Source: Bdellovibrionota bacterium
GTDB taxonomy: Bacteria > Bdellovibrionota_C > UBA2361 > CAKMMH01
Length of the DNA: 64,000 nt
Reading direction: 5' to 3'
Assembly: GCA_050952645.1 (NCBI GenBank)
Contig: JBMNLI010000017.1
Location: forward strand, 1 to 64,000
Numbering within the stretch: the first letter of the stretch is position 1; every line of letters starts with the position of its first letter. Below, one piece after another: positions 11,558 to 20,465 of this stretch. Below the pieces are notes generated by a model. The model searched no databases. It saw only the letters and a program-made list of their open reading frames with translations, and was not told the origin of the DNA. The translations under genes and the position numbers were made by a program.

Positions 11558-12175
11558 ATGATTGTTGCAATAGCTGGCCTTCATGGCAAGTCAGAAAACT
11601 TACAGTTGCTTACTAAATTTCTAGCTGAGCTTAAGTTTGACGGCTTTATATTCGTTTGTGGAGTTAAAAACGAGGATTTAGATATTCTAAAAGAACTTAA
11701 AAAGTTTAATGTACGAATCGTTTTTAAAGGAAACAAAGAGTTTAAAGATAAACTAACTAGAATATATAGTCTTCTCTGGCCAAACTCGCCTTGGCCACAA
11801 AGAGAAATCGAGACTCGCTTAGGTGAAAGCGAGTCTTTAATAGTTCCTAATATAAACGATGAAATGACTACTTGGTATGATTGGAAAAAACGGTATGACG
11901 TTATTATCCATGGAAGCGAGCAAGAGCCTAAAGTTGTCGAACATAAAGGTGAGACATATTGCAACCCTAGTAGGCTTACCATTTGTCCTGGTGAACTAGG
12001 TGGGGAGAATCCAAGCTTTGCTTTAATCACCATCGATAGAGACCAAATAGAAGATAAACGAATGCGCATGAGAGAAGGTGCAGTAGGCATTAGCACTACC
12101 CACTATACTCTAAAAAATTGCGTTTGGTTCCCTAAAACTCTAAGGGGCGAAAACGTAAAGCTTAAAGTAGCATAA
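11558..12175 (+). CDS. Degenerate calcineurin-like metallophosphoesterase (YfcE-like fold)
   Basis: IAGLHG, KGN, IIHGSEQEP and CPGELG correspond to the SDxHG, GN, GHTH and NPGS motifs. AAAGG RBS. Confidence 0.6.
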   Translation: MIVAIAGLHGKSENLQLLTKFLAELKFDGFIFVCGVKNEDLDILKELKKFNVRIVFKGNKEFKDKLTRIYSLLWPNSPWPQREIETRLGESESLIVPNINDEMTTWYDWKKRYDVIIHGSEQEPKVVEHKGETYCNPSRLTICPGELGGENPSFALITIDRDQIEDKRMRMREGAVGISTTHYTLKNCVWFPKTLRGENVKLKVA

Positions 12176-12194
12176 GATAAGTGGGTTTAGCTAG

Positions 12195-12232
12195 AAAAGA
12201 GATATCTAAATTTAAGATATCTCTTTTTTTTT
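12195..12232. terminator. Intrinsic (probably bidirectional) terminator
   Basis: 13-bp perfect stem aaaagagatatct/agatatctctttt with a 7-nt loop and T tract, between convergent genes. Confidence 0.8.
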
Positions 12233-13430
12233 ATAACGCCTTAAATCCTAAGTCTTTCTTTAATCCTTGTTTTAACTCGTAAACTTCAAATGCTCTATCT
12301 ATAATCATCGAAAGCTCTTCAGTGTATAAAATAGTAGGCTCAGATTTTTCCCATAGATAAAATGCTAGCGAACCAGGAATTAAATTCGCTTCATTAAAAT
12401 AAATATTTTCAGATTTTTTATCATACATAAAGTCGAGCCTAGCAACTCCAGAGGCTTTTAAAGCTCTAAAAATAATTTTTCCATATTCCGTAACCTTTTT
12501 CTTTATTTCATCACTTAAATCTACAGGGTCTATGGCTCTAGTTAAACCTGCCATACCTTGACTTATAGAGATTCTAGTTTTTAAAGGAGAACTCCCCTTC
12601 TTTCCTTTTCCATCTCTTAAGTATTTATCTTCATATGAAAGAAAATTTCCATCTGGCACTGGAATTTCTACCACAGATGCCTTTAGCCCATCTGTGGTAT
12701 CTAAAAGCGATATATTAATTTCAAACATATCATCCATAAATGGCTCGATTAAAGCCTCCGTGTCGTGTTTAAATACGTTTGATAATGCTAAAAAAAGCTC
12801 TCCATCATTAGAAGCTTTAGACACCCCTATCGATGAGCCTAAATTATTAGGTTTTACAAATAAAGGGTATTTTAACGCACTATTTTTAAAGACTTCTTTT
12901 TTTGCACTCTCTACCCCATGATTATTTACAAATTCCTTTAAAATGGTGATGCTCGGCAAAACTTTAATGCCATAACTAGAAACTAGAGCCTTTGCAGTGT
13001 CTTTGCTCATAGCCACCGAAGATGCTAGCACATTTGAGCCAGCATAAGGAACGCCTGCTAACTCTAAAAGCCCTTGCATAGCGCCATCCTCTCCTAGTTC
13101 TCCGTGGAATACTGGGAAATACATATCTACAGGGATAAATTTTTCACCGAAAAAATAGGCTTTCTTTAAAACTGTTAAGCCCTTTTGTCCTACGAAAGGA
13201 TACAGCATTACCTCGCTTAACATTTTTTTCTTATTTTCAAAATCTTTATAAAACGTCCTATTTAAAAGCTCATCTCCAGAATACCAACGGCCGTCTTTAG
13301 CTACATAAACGGGGATCGCATTATATTTTTCAGTATCTAAAAACTCGATAAGTTGAAGCCCAGAAATAATAGAAATTTCGTGTTCGCAACTTCTCCCGCC
13401 AAATAGCACTGCAACATTTATTTTATCCAT
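12231..13430 (-). CDS. ddl: D-alanine--D-alanine ligase
   Basis: FGGRSCEHEIS, HGELGEDG, VKPNNLGSSIGV, ARLDF and NEANLIPG motifs. Confidence 0.95.
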   Translation of the reverse strand: MDKINVAVLFGGRSCEHEISIISGLQLIEFLDTEKYNAIPVYVAKDGRWYSGDELLNRTFYKDFENKKKMLSEVMLYPFVGQKGLTVLKKAYFFGEKFIPVDMYFPVFHGELGEDGAMQGLLELAGVPYAGSNVLASSVAMSKDTAKALVSSYGIKVLPSITILKEFVNNHGVESAKKEVFKNSALKYPLFVKPNNLGSSIGVSKASNDGELFLALSNVFKHDTEALIEPFMDDMFEINISLLDTTDGLKASVVEIPVPDGNFLSYEDKYLRDGKGKKGSSPLKTRISISQGMAGLTRAIDPVDLSDEIKKKVTEYGKIIFRALKASGVARLDFMYDKKSENIYFNEANLIPGSLAFYLWEKSEPTILYTEELSMIIDRAFEVYELKQGLKKDLGFKAL

Positions 13431-13520
13431 AAAAAATTTAACCTCCTAATACTACAAAAAACTTTTCTAAAATTTATTACTAATACATATTTATTAAAAT
13501 TATTTTAATTTAGAGTTTAT

Positions 13521-15275
13521 TTAAAAATCTACCTTAGCTTCATACCAATCTGGCAAATCGTTTTCGATAAGCACTCCATCTCCTGCTTCTTGGTATGAGG
13601 TAAGCTCTTTAAATCCCTCTTCCCTACTTTCTACGTATTGAACGTTTTTAAAATTTTGCTCATCGAAAGCCTTTTTATACGCTTCCTTATTTTCATTTCC
13701 TACAAAAATCACCTTATCACAAATTTTAGTAATCTTTAGAGCAATCTTATAATTTTCTTCAAATTGAGTTTTTCCTAACTCTATAATTCCCGGCGTCATA
13801 ACTATTCGTCTTTTAACATCTAACGCCTTTAAAACGTCTAGCGCAGCATCAAACCCAAGAGGATTAGAATTATAGCCATCTTCTAAATATATTAAATTAT
13901 TTCCATAATTTTTTAATACCAGCCTATTAGATAATGGTTCAATACTAGCTATAATATCTACAACGGTTTTAGGCTCTAACCCCATAGCACAGGCCATAGT
14001 AAAACAAGCAAGTAGGCTTGAAAGTCCCCCACTTCCAACTATCTTAGTCCTTACGTTATATTCATTTTCTTTCCAATAAATTTTTGCAGTAGTTCCATTA
14101 TTAGAATATTTAATATCCGTTAAATACGCATCTAATTTAATACCATCTTTAATACCGTCCTTTCTTTCTAATCCGTAAAGAAACTTGTTTTTAATATCTG
14201 CTTTATTATAAGCTCTTAAAACGAAATCATCATCGCCATTACATACAAGAATACCATCTTTAGGCAATGCTTTTATAACCTCAGTTTTAGCCTCGTATAT
14301 ATTCTCTCTCGTTTTAAATCTTTCTAGATGCATATGATTTATAGCAGTTAAAATAGCAGCGTTTGGTGGAGTAAGCTCGCAAATGCTACTAATGCTTCCT
14401 TTTCTATAAGTTCCCATTTCTATCACTGCATACTTATCCGTATCTTTTAGTTCCTCTCTAATTTTTCTCGTAATTCCCATAATGGTATTTATGCCAGCTT
14501 TTGGCCAGAAAGTGCCACCTTTAGCAGCTTGCAAAATTTCTCCAAGCATATTTTTTACTGTAGACTTTCCATAACTTCCAACGACCGCTATAACGTAAGG
14601 GCTAACTTTAGAAAATTTCTCTTTAGCTTCATTTAAAAATTTTTCTCTAGTTTTCTTTTCGTGTGGTGAAAGTATAACGACTGAAAGCATTAAAGAAAAA
14701 GGGATAAATTGAAAACATAATGCTATAACTAAAGGATAATAGTGAGAATCAAAAGATGGATAAAGTGTTATAAGAAAAAAAAGCATCACTGTAAGCAGTA
14801 AACTAATTCCTCTTATTCGTCTCGCCCTAAAAGTTAAGTTTAAAGGTATTTTAGCATTTTTACTAGTAGCTGGATCTAATTCTTTTCTTATTACCTTCCA
14901 TGCTATAAATACGAATGCACAAAAACTAATAACACGAACTACATAATAGTAGAAAACATCGCCTAAATGTGCGTATTTTGAATAATAGCGTAGTTTTAGC
15001 GTGATTTCATAAATAATAAATAAGATAGTTATTATAGCTACTTTTTTATCGAACGCTTTATTTTTCTTATACCATTTCCAAAAACGAGATGGAGCGTATT
15101 CATCTTGTTGTAAATAAAGCAAGTATTTATGAGTCCTTATTTTTAGCATTTTAAACAAGTAAAAAACGGCGATTAGAAAACATACTACGATTATAGTGCA
15201 AAATAGCGATAGTAAAAAAATACCTTTCTTGTTTAGCATACCGATAAGAACTATAACATCATTTAAGTCATTCAT
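13521..15275 (-). CDS. murF: UDP-N-acetylmuramoyl-tripeptide--D-Ala-D-Ala ligase with N-terminal TM region
   Basis: GSYGKST, IEMG, HLERF and DGYNSNP motifs; adjacent to ddl. Confidence 0.9.
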   Translation of the reverse strand: MNDLNDVIVLIGMLNKKGIFLLSLFCTIIVVCFLIAVFYLFKMLKIRTHKYLLYLQQDEYAPSRFWKWYKKNKAFDKKVAIITILFIIYEITLKLRYYSKYAHLGDVFYYYVVRVISFCAFVFIAWKVIRKELDPATSKNAKIPLNLTFRARRIRGISLLLTVMLFFLITLYPSFDSHYYPLVIALCFQFIPFSLMLSVVILSPHEKKTREKFLNEAKEKFSKVSPYVIAVVGSYGKSTVKNMLGEILQAAKGGTFWPKAGINTIMGITRKIREELKDTDKYAVIEMGTYRKGSISSICELTPPNAAILTAINHMHLERFKTRENIYEAKTEVIKALPKDGILVCNGDDDFVLRAYNKADIKNKFLYGLERKDGIKDGIKLDAYLTDIKYSNNGTTAKIYWKENEYNVRTKIVGSGGLSSLLACFTMACAMGLEPKTVVDIIASIEPLSNRLVLKNYGNNLIYLEDGYNSNPLGFDAALDVLKALDVKRRIVMTPGIIELGKTQFEENYKIALKITKICDKVIFVGNENKEAYKKAFDEQNFKNVQYVESREEGFKELTSYQEAGDGVLIENDLPDWYEAKVDF

Positions 15276-15309
15276 AATTTCTTTATCCTTTATATATATT
15301 TATTAAATT

Positions 15310-16059
15310 TTATTTTAAAAATTCCTTTATTTGATAAGCACAAAGCCCAGCGCCGTCTCCTAAAAAAGGCATATGCCCTCTACCTTTTAAAATCACTAGC
15401 TTTGCATCTTTTATCTTTTTTGAAAAAGTTTCTCCCATATCTACTGGAGTTTCAGTATCTTTATCTCCCCAAATTAAAAGGGTTCTTGCATTAACTTTAC
15501 TAAGTTCGTGTTCTTGATTCTCTTCTACTATTTTTACAAATATCTCTTTCATATCTCCAGCATTTCTGTAATCTCTAGAACCAAATCTTAATGCAAATCT
15601 ATTTTTAAAAAAATTATTCTTTAAAAGCTTATCTATGGCTTTAAAAAATTTTGCTGCTTTTTTTATTATAAAAATTTTAAATCGTCTAAATAAAAATTTT
15701 TTTGATTTTATTCCAGCAGATGAAATTAAAATTAAATTATCTACATACTCAGGGTAATGCACTGCTATTCTTAATGCTATTCTCCCTCCAACCGAGTGGC
15801 CTAAAATATCTGCTCTTTCGATATTACGCTCTTTTAAATAATCTACGATACACTTTGCATACTCTAGCGTTCCCCACACCTCGCTAGGTTTTAAAGACTC
15901 TCCAAATCCAGGAAGATCTATCAAATGGCATTCTCGATTATCTGCTAGTAGCTCGGCAAGATCTAAGAAAAGCGTCGAATCTACTCCCCAACCGTGCAAA
16001 AATACTAGTGGCGCACCTTTGCCAATTATTTTAGAATGTATTATATTTTTCTCTTTCAT
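15310..16059 (-). CDS. Alpha/beta hydrolase
   Basis: LHGWG, DLPGFG, GHSVGG nucleophile, WGDKD and GH motifs. Confidence 0.9.
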   Translation of the reverse strand: MKEKNIIHSKIIGKGAPLVFLHGWGVDSTLFLDLAELLADNRECHLIDLPGFGESLKPSEVWGTLEYAKCIVDYLKERNIERADILGHSVGGRIALRIAVHYPEYVDNLILISSAGIKSKKFLFRRFKIFIIKKAAKFFKAIDKLLKNNFFKNRFALRFGSRDYRNAGDMKEIFVKIVEENQEHELSKVNARTLLIWGDKDTETPVDMGETFSKKIKDAKLVILKGRGHMPFLGDGAGLCAYQIKEFLK

Positions 16060-16210
16060 ATAGTTTGTTTATATATTTTATTTTAAGGGAAAATTTTACA
16101 ACCATTTTTTACATAAAAACTAAATTCTTATTAAAAGAACTTGCATAATATTTTAAATATTCTAACTTAATTATAAATAAATATAAAGATAGTTTTAAGG
16201 TGATTATTAA

Positions 16211-17002
16211 ATGACAAAGAATATAGCTTTGCCTAAAATGGCTAGGTACTTTTATCCAGAAAATACTGAAAAGTTAAACAATACTTTAAAAGAGTTTATA
16301 AGCGACACTCCTACAGTAAATAAAAAACCTCTAGCGCTAATAGTTCCGCATGCTGGATATATTTTTAGTGGAGAAATCGCAGGCAAAGCTTACAGCATCT
16401 TAAACGGCTACAAAGACGAGTTTGATACTGTCGTTATAATAGGTCCATCGCACAAGGTGCTACTACGAAAACCTGCCGTGTTAAATATGGATTACGCACT
16501 ACCTACAGGAATATTAAAAAAAGATGAAATCCTTATAGACGAATTATTAAAAGATAATTTAGTCGATATAGATAACGATGCACACAATGGAGAGCACTCT
16601 ATTGAGGTGCAACTACCGTTTTTACATTATATAAATCCTAATTTTAAAATAGTAAATATTTTATCGGGAGCCTACGAACTAGACGATGTAGTAAAACTAA
16701 TAGATGCACTATTTAAAATTCCTAGAGTTCACATAGTTATAAGCTCCGATTTAAGCCATTTTAATTCATACGATATTGCAAAGCAGGTTGATAAAGAAAC
16801 CATCAAAAACGTGCTAGAGCTAAACGATGAAGCGATAAAATCTGATGATGCCTGTGGAGCAGTAGGCATAAAAGCTTTAATAAAAATTGCTAGAAAATAT
16901 TTTTTAAAACCTAAGGTGCTTGGATATTGCAATTCAGGCGATAAAACAGCAGATAAACAAAAGGTGGTAGGCTATGCAAGCTTTGGATTTTTTAACTCCT
17001 AA
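16211..17002 (+). CDS. amrB: AmmeMemoRadiSam system protein B (MEMO1-like)
   Basis: PHAGYIFSG, IGPSH, EHSIEVQLPFL, SSDLSHF, ACG and VVGYAS motifs. Confidence 0.9.
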   Translation: MTKNIALPKMARYFYPENTEKLNNTLKEFISDTPTVNKKPLALIVPHAGYIFSGEIAGKAYSILNGYKDEFDTVVIIGPSHKVLLRKPAVLNMDYALPTGILKKDEILIDELLKDNLVDIDNDAHNGEHSIEVQLPFLHYINPNFKIVNILSGAYELDDVVKLIDALFKIPRVHIVISSDLSHFNSYDIAKQVDKETIKNVLELNDEAIKSDDACGAVGIKALIKIARKYFLKPKVLGYCNSGDKTADKQKVVGYASFGFFNS

Positions 17003-17555
17003 ATTAAACGATGAAGAAAAAAATTTTCTAATAAAATTATCTTATCAAACATTAGAAAATTTCGTGTTAAACACTAATAAACCAAAAGTAAATGAAGCTA
17101 AACTTTCTAAAAATTTACTTAAAAATACTGCTAGCTTTATTACTTTGAAAAAAAATAAAGATTTAAGAGGTTGTATAGGAAGCGTTGTAGCGCATAGACC
17201 GCTATATATCGATGTTATAGAAAATACTATTTTTGCTGCTTCAAAAGATACTCGTTTTGAAAAAATTAGTAAGCTAGAGCTTAGTAGCATCAGCATTTCC
17301 ATTTCAGTTTTAAGCGATTTGCATGAAATTAAATATAACTCGATAGAAGAATTATACACACTTATAGAGCCTTTTAAAGATGGACTAGTTATAAAAAATG
17401 GAGCACTTCAAGGATTATTTTTGCCATCGGTATGGGAAGAACTACCTAGCAAGGAGCTATTTTTATCTAATCTATGTTTAAAGGCAGGATTTGCCCCTAA
17501 TAAATGGCATCAAGAAATAGTGGTATATAAATTTAGAAGTTTAAGTTTTAGTTAA
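16974..17555 (+). CDS. amrA: AmmeMemoRadiSam system protein A (AMMECR1-like); probably fused to amrB
   Basis: FITL...LRGCIG, DTRF, ISVLS, FLPSVW and LCLKAG motifs. Confidence 0.9.
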   Translation: MQALDFLTPKLNDEEKNFLIKLSYQTLENFVLNTNKPKVNEAKLSKNLLKNTASFITLKKNKDLRGCIGSVVAHRPLYIDVIENTIFAASKDTRFEKISKLELSSISISISVLSDLHEIKYNSIEELYTLIEPFKDGLVIKNGALQGLFLPSVWEELPSKELFLSNLCLKAGFAPNKWHQEIVVYKFRSLSFS

Positions 17556-17630
17556 TATTTTAGTCTAAAAATTGTTTTCTTTTTGGCTTCGTCGAGGTGA
17601 GTGATACTAATTTTAAGGTCTTAAACCCAC

Positions 17631-18509
17631 CTAAAACGTCAAAGAACTTAAAAATTTAACATTTTTCTTTTCTAACTCTATTGCATACTGCGAAGTGTCC
17701 TTTATTCGCCCTCCTGCTAAAAGCGAAAGCAAGCTTGAAAAGTTTTTTAATCCTTTATCCGTAAAATTAAATTTAATTATGCACTTTGAAAAATTATTGC
17801 TTTTAAAATTATATTCACAATTTTTAGATTCAGCATTTATTAAATCACTTTCAAACTTAAAATTATTTAAATATAAATCTTTTTCTTTTAATTTGTACAC
17901 TGATGAGATATTAGAAATGCTAATCTCTGGCACTTCTACATCTAAAGGAAGACCAGAAAGAAGTGCAGGGATTTTAAACGCACTATCGAAACTTAAACGA
18001 GAAAGATTAAAATCTCCTCCTAAATAAACGATATTAAATTTTTTATCAAACAGAAAATTAAAAGCTCTTAAATTTAAAAAACCCCCAGAGATGGGAAAAT
18101 TTTTTAAAAAAGAATGCTTTGAAATATTGACGTTTTCTAAAAACAAATCTGCCCTTATATCTTCACTTCTAAAGTTTTTCCAAATATCAAATTTAGCATT
18201 CCCATCATAGAGCGTGCCTTTGCTTTTTACATCTATTACTAATGTCAATAGACCTTTTAAGCTTAAATACGTTTTTAATGTGTCTAGCTCAACATTTAAA
18301 AAAGGCTTTCGCTTATTAAATATAGAAACTTTATTGAAATTTAGAGAAACTGGAAACGAAAATTTAACTTTTTGAGGAAGCACGTTTATATTTGAAGTTT
18401 TATTTAACTCTTTAATGCCAAGCAATGCAAAATTGCCTGCAAAAAGTTTTATAAATACTAGTAATATAATTAAAAGCAAAACTGTAAAAAGTAAAAATTT
18501 TCGTTTCAT
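17631..18509 (-). CDS. Probable type II secretion GspN-like protein
   Basis: Single N-terminal TM helix followed by a beta-rich periplasmic domain (LSLKGLLTL...LYDG); size fits GspN. Confidence 0.45.
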   Translation of the reverse strand: MKRKFLLFTVLLLIILLVFIKLFAGNFALLGIKELNKTSNINVLPQKVKFSFPVSLNFNKVSIFNKRKPFLNVELDTLKTYLSLKGLLTLVIDVKSKGTLYDGNAKFDIWKNFRSEDIRADLFLENVNISKHSFLKNFPISGGFLNLRAFNFLFDKKFNIVYLGGDFNLSRLSFDSAFKIPALLSGLPLDVEVPEISISNISSVYKLKEKDLYLNNFKFESDLINAESKNCEYNFKSNNFSKCIIKFNFTDKGLKNFSSLLSLLAGGRIKDTSQYAIELEKKNVKFLSSLTF

Positions 18510-18573
18510 TTAATTTCTATAAAATTTATTTCTATAAAATTTAAAAAAATTTTCTTTAGCTTAGATTTTTCTT

Positions 18574-18987
18574 TTAAGCTCTATACTTAGTTTCCCAAAG
18601 CCCATGTAAATTACAATACGCTCTTACGGTATATTCTCCATCTTCCTCAATTTTAAATTCCATGCTTGGTTCTTGATTTGGATTTAAATTTTTTCTAGCA
18701 ATTTTTTTAGATGGTTTTATCACCTCTATCCAATTTATATAGTGTTTTAGCTCCATCGGATGAGCAATATCTCCTACTTTAATCAATCTTCTCTTTCCAC
18801 TATCGCAATCACTTTTTTCTAGAGTTTCAATTACGGGAACGTGTTTTTCTAATCCCTCATCTGCGCTCTTTGGAGCTTTTAATTCCATAGGCTCACCGCA
18901 ACAGTAAAGCTCACCACCTGCTTCTTCTAATACCTCTACTATATTTCCACATATTTCGCATTTATATACTTCAAATTGTTTAGTCAT
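18574..18987 (-). CDS. dfx: Desulfoferrodoxin (superoxide reductase)
   Basis: YKCEICGN...CCGEPM, EKHVP, HPM...HYINWI and YCNLHG motifs. Confidence 0.95.
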   Translation of the reverse strand: MTKQFEVYKCEICGNIVEVLEEAGGELYCCGEPMELKAPKSADEGLEKHVPVIETLEKSDCDSGKRRLIKVGDIAHPMELKHYINWIEVIKPSKKIARKNLNPNQEPSMEFKIEEDGEYTVRAYCNLHGLWETKYRA

Positions 18988-19017
18988 AACTACCTTTCCT
19001 TTTTTAAAAAAAAATAC

Positions 19018-20025
19018 TTATTTATTATTTTTATTCTTTATATCATTATTATGCCAATCCCAAGCCGTTTTAATGATATTCTCAATATTTGAGTTCTTTG
19101 GCTCCCAACCTAACGCATCTTTTATTTTTTTAGCATCTGCTACTAATTTAGGAGGGTCACCCTCTCTTTTTTTCACGCACTCTCTTTTAACTTTTTTACC
19201 TGATATTTTTTCTATGGCGTTTAGTATTTCTAAAACTGAACTTCCGCTTCCAGTCCCGATATTGTATACTTCGCTTTTATTAGTTTCTAAAAGTTTTTTC
19301 ATTCCTAAAATATGCGCACTAGAAATATCCGCAACGTGAATATAGTCTCTTATGCAAGTTCCGTCTAGCGTGTCGTAATCATCACCAAAAACTTTAAATA
19401 CGCCGCCTTCCATAGCACACCCTATAGCTAAAGGAATTATATGAGTTTCCGGGCTATGACGTTCCCCCATTTTGCCATTTTTATTTGCCCCAGATACATT
19501 GAAATATCTAAAGATAATGGATTTAAAATCGTAGGCAACATCGAAATCTTTTAAAATCTGTTCAACCATTAGCTTTGTTTTCCCATAAGGATTTATTGGG
19601 TTTTGAGGTGTTTGCTCGGTAATAGGCATAACTTTAGGGACGCCATAAGTTGCGCAAGTAGATGAAAAAATAAACTTTTTAACATTAAACTCTTTCATTA
19701 TAGTGAGAAGATTTAATGTAGCAACAACGTTGTTTTTGTAATATTTTAAAGGGCTAATTACAGACTCTCCTACGTATGCATAAGCCGCAAAGTGCATAAC
19801 TACGGATATTTTATATTTATTAAAAACATATCTTAGAAAATTTGTATCGAGCATATCCCCCGTTTCGATAGGCGCTCCTATCTTTTCAGCGATATCTCTA
19901 TTGCCGTATATAAAATTATCAAGAATTATCGGATTATAACCTTCATTTAACAAATCGCTTACTACTTGTGAGCCTATATAACCTGCCCCTCCTACTACTA
20001 GAATAGTTTCTTTCATATTTTTCAC
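19018..20025 (-). CDS. galE: UDP-glucose 4-epimerase
   Basis: GGAGYIGS, HFAA, SSTCATYG, YGKTK, RYFN and GTCIRDYIHV motifs. Confidence 0.95.
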   Translation of the reverse strand: MKNMKETILVVGGAGYIGSQVVSDLLNEGYNPIILDNFIYGNRDIAEKIGAPIETGDMLDTNFLRYVFNKYKISVVMHFAAYAYVGESVISPLKYYKNNVVATLNLLTIMKEFNVKKFIFSSTCATYGVPKVMPITEQTPQNPINPYGKTKLMVEQILKDFDVAYDFKSIIFRYFNVSGANKNGKMGERHSPETHIIPLAIGCAMEGGVFKVFGDDYDTLDGTCIRDYIHVADISSAHILGMKKLLETNKSEVYNIGTGSGSSVLEILNAIEKISGKKVKRECVKKREGDPPKLVADAKKIKDALGWEPKNSNIENIIKTAWDWHNNDIKNKNNK

Positions 20026-20173
20026 CTAAACTTAAATTTTAACTTATGTAAATTTATATAAACTTTTCTTAAGTTTACTAGACTTTTATCTTTTTTTATA
20101 TAGATTATTTTTTATATAGATTATTTTTTATTTAAATATCTTAAATTTAAATATTTTAAGAGCAATAATTTTA

Positions 20174-20452
20174 TTATAATTTTTCTATTTCATACAATAT
20201 TTCAGCTACGGCTTCATAAAGCGATGGTGGGATTTGCTTTCCTTCTTGAATTTGGTAAAGGGCTTTAGATAGAAACGATTTTTTTACTATCGGCTTATTA
20301 TATTTTTTAGCTAGTTTTATAATATAATCTGCTATAAATTTTTCTCCTTTTGCGGAGATTATGGGAGTTTTCCCTTTTTCATACTCTAGCACTATCGCAC
20401 GATTGTGAGAATATTTTTTATCTGATTTTGAACCATTTCCCATATTTGCCAT
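20174..20452 (-). CDS. Stand-alone FlhB/EscU C-terminal (CC) fragment protein
   Basis: RAIVLEY...PIISAKG...IIKLAKKYNKPIV...LSKALY...IPPSLYEAVAEIL is the post-cleavage FlhB-CC domain. Confidence 0.85.
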   Translation of the reverse strand: MANMGNGSKSDKKYSHNRAIVLEYEKGKTPIISAKGEKFIADYIIKLAKKYNKPIVKKSFLSKALYQIQEGKQIPPSLYEAVAEILYEIEKL

Positions 20453-20465
20453 ATAATATTTTGTC

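Noticed and set aside
11581..12096. 171-aa antisense ORF
   Set aside because: Shadow of the plus-strand metallophosphoesterase-like gene, which has the RBS, motifs and terminator.
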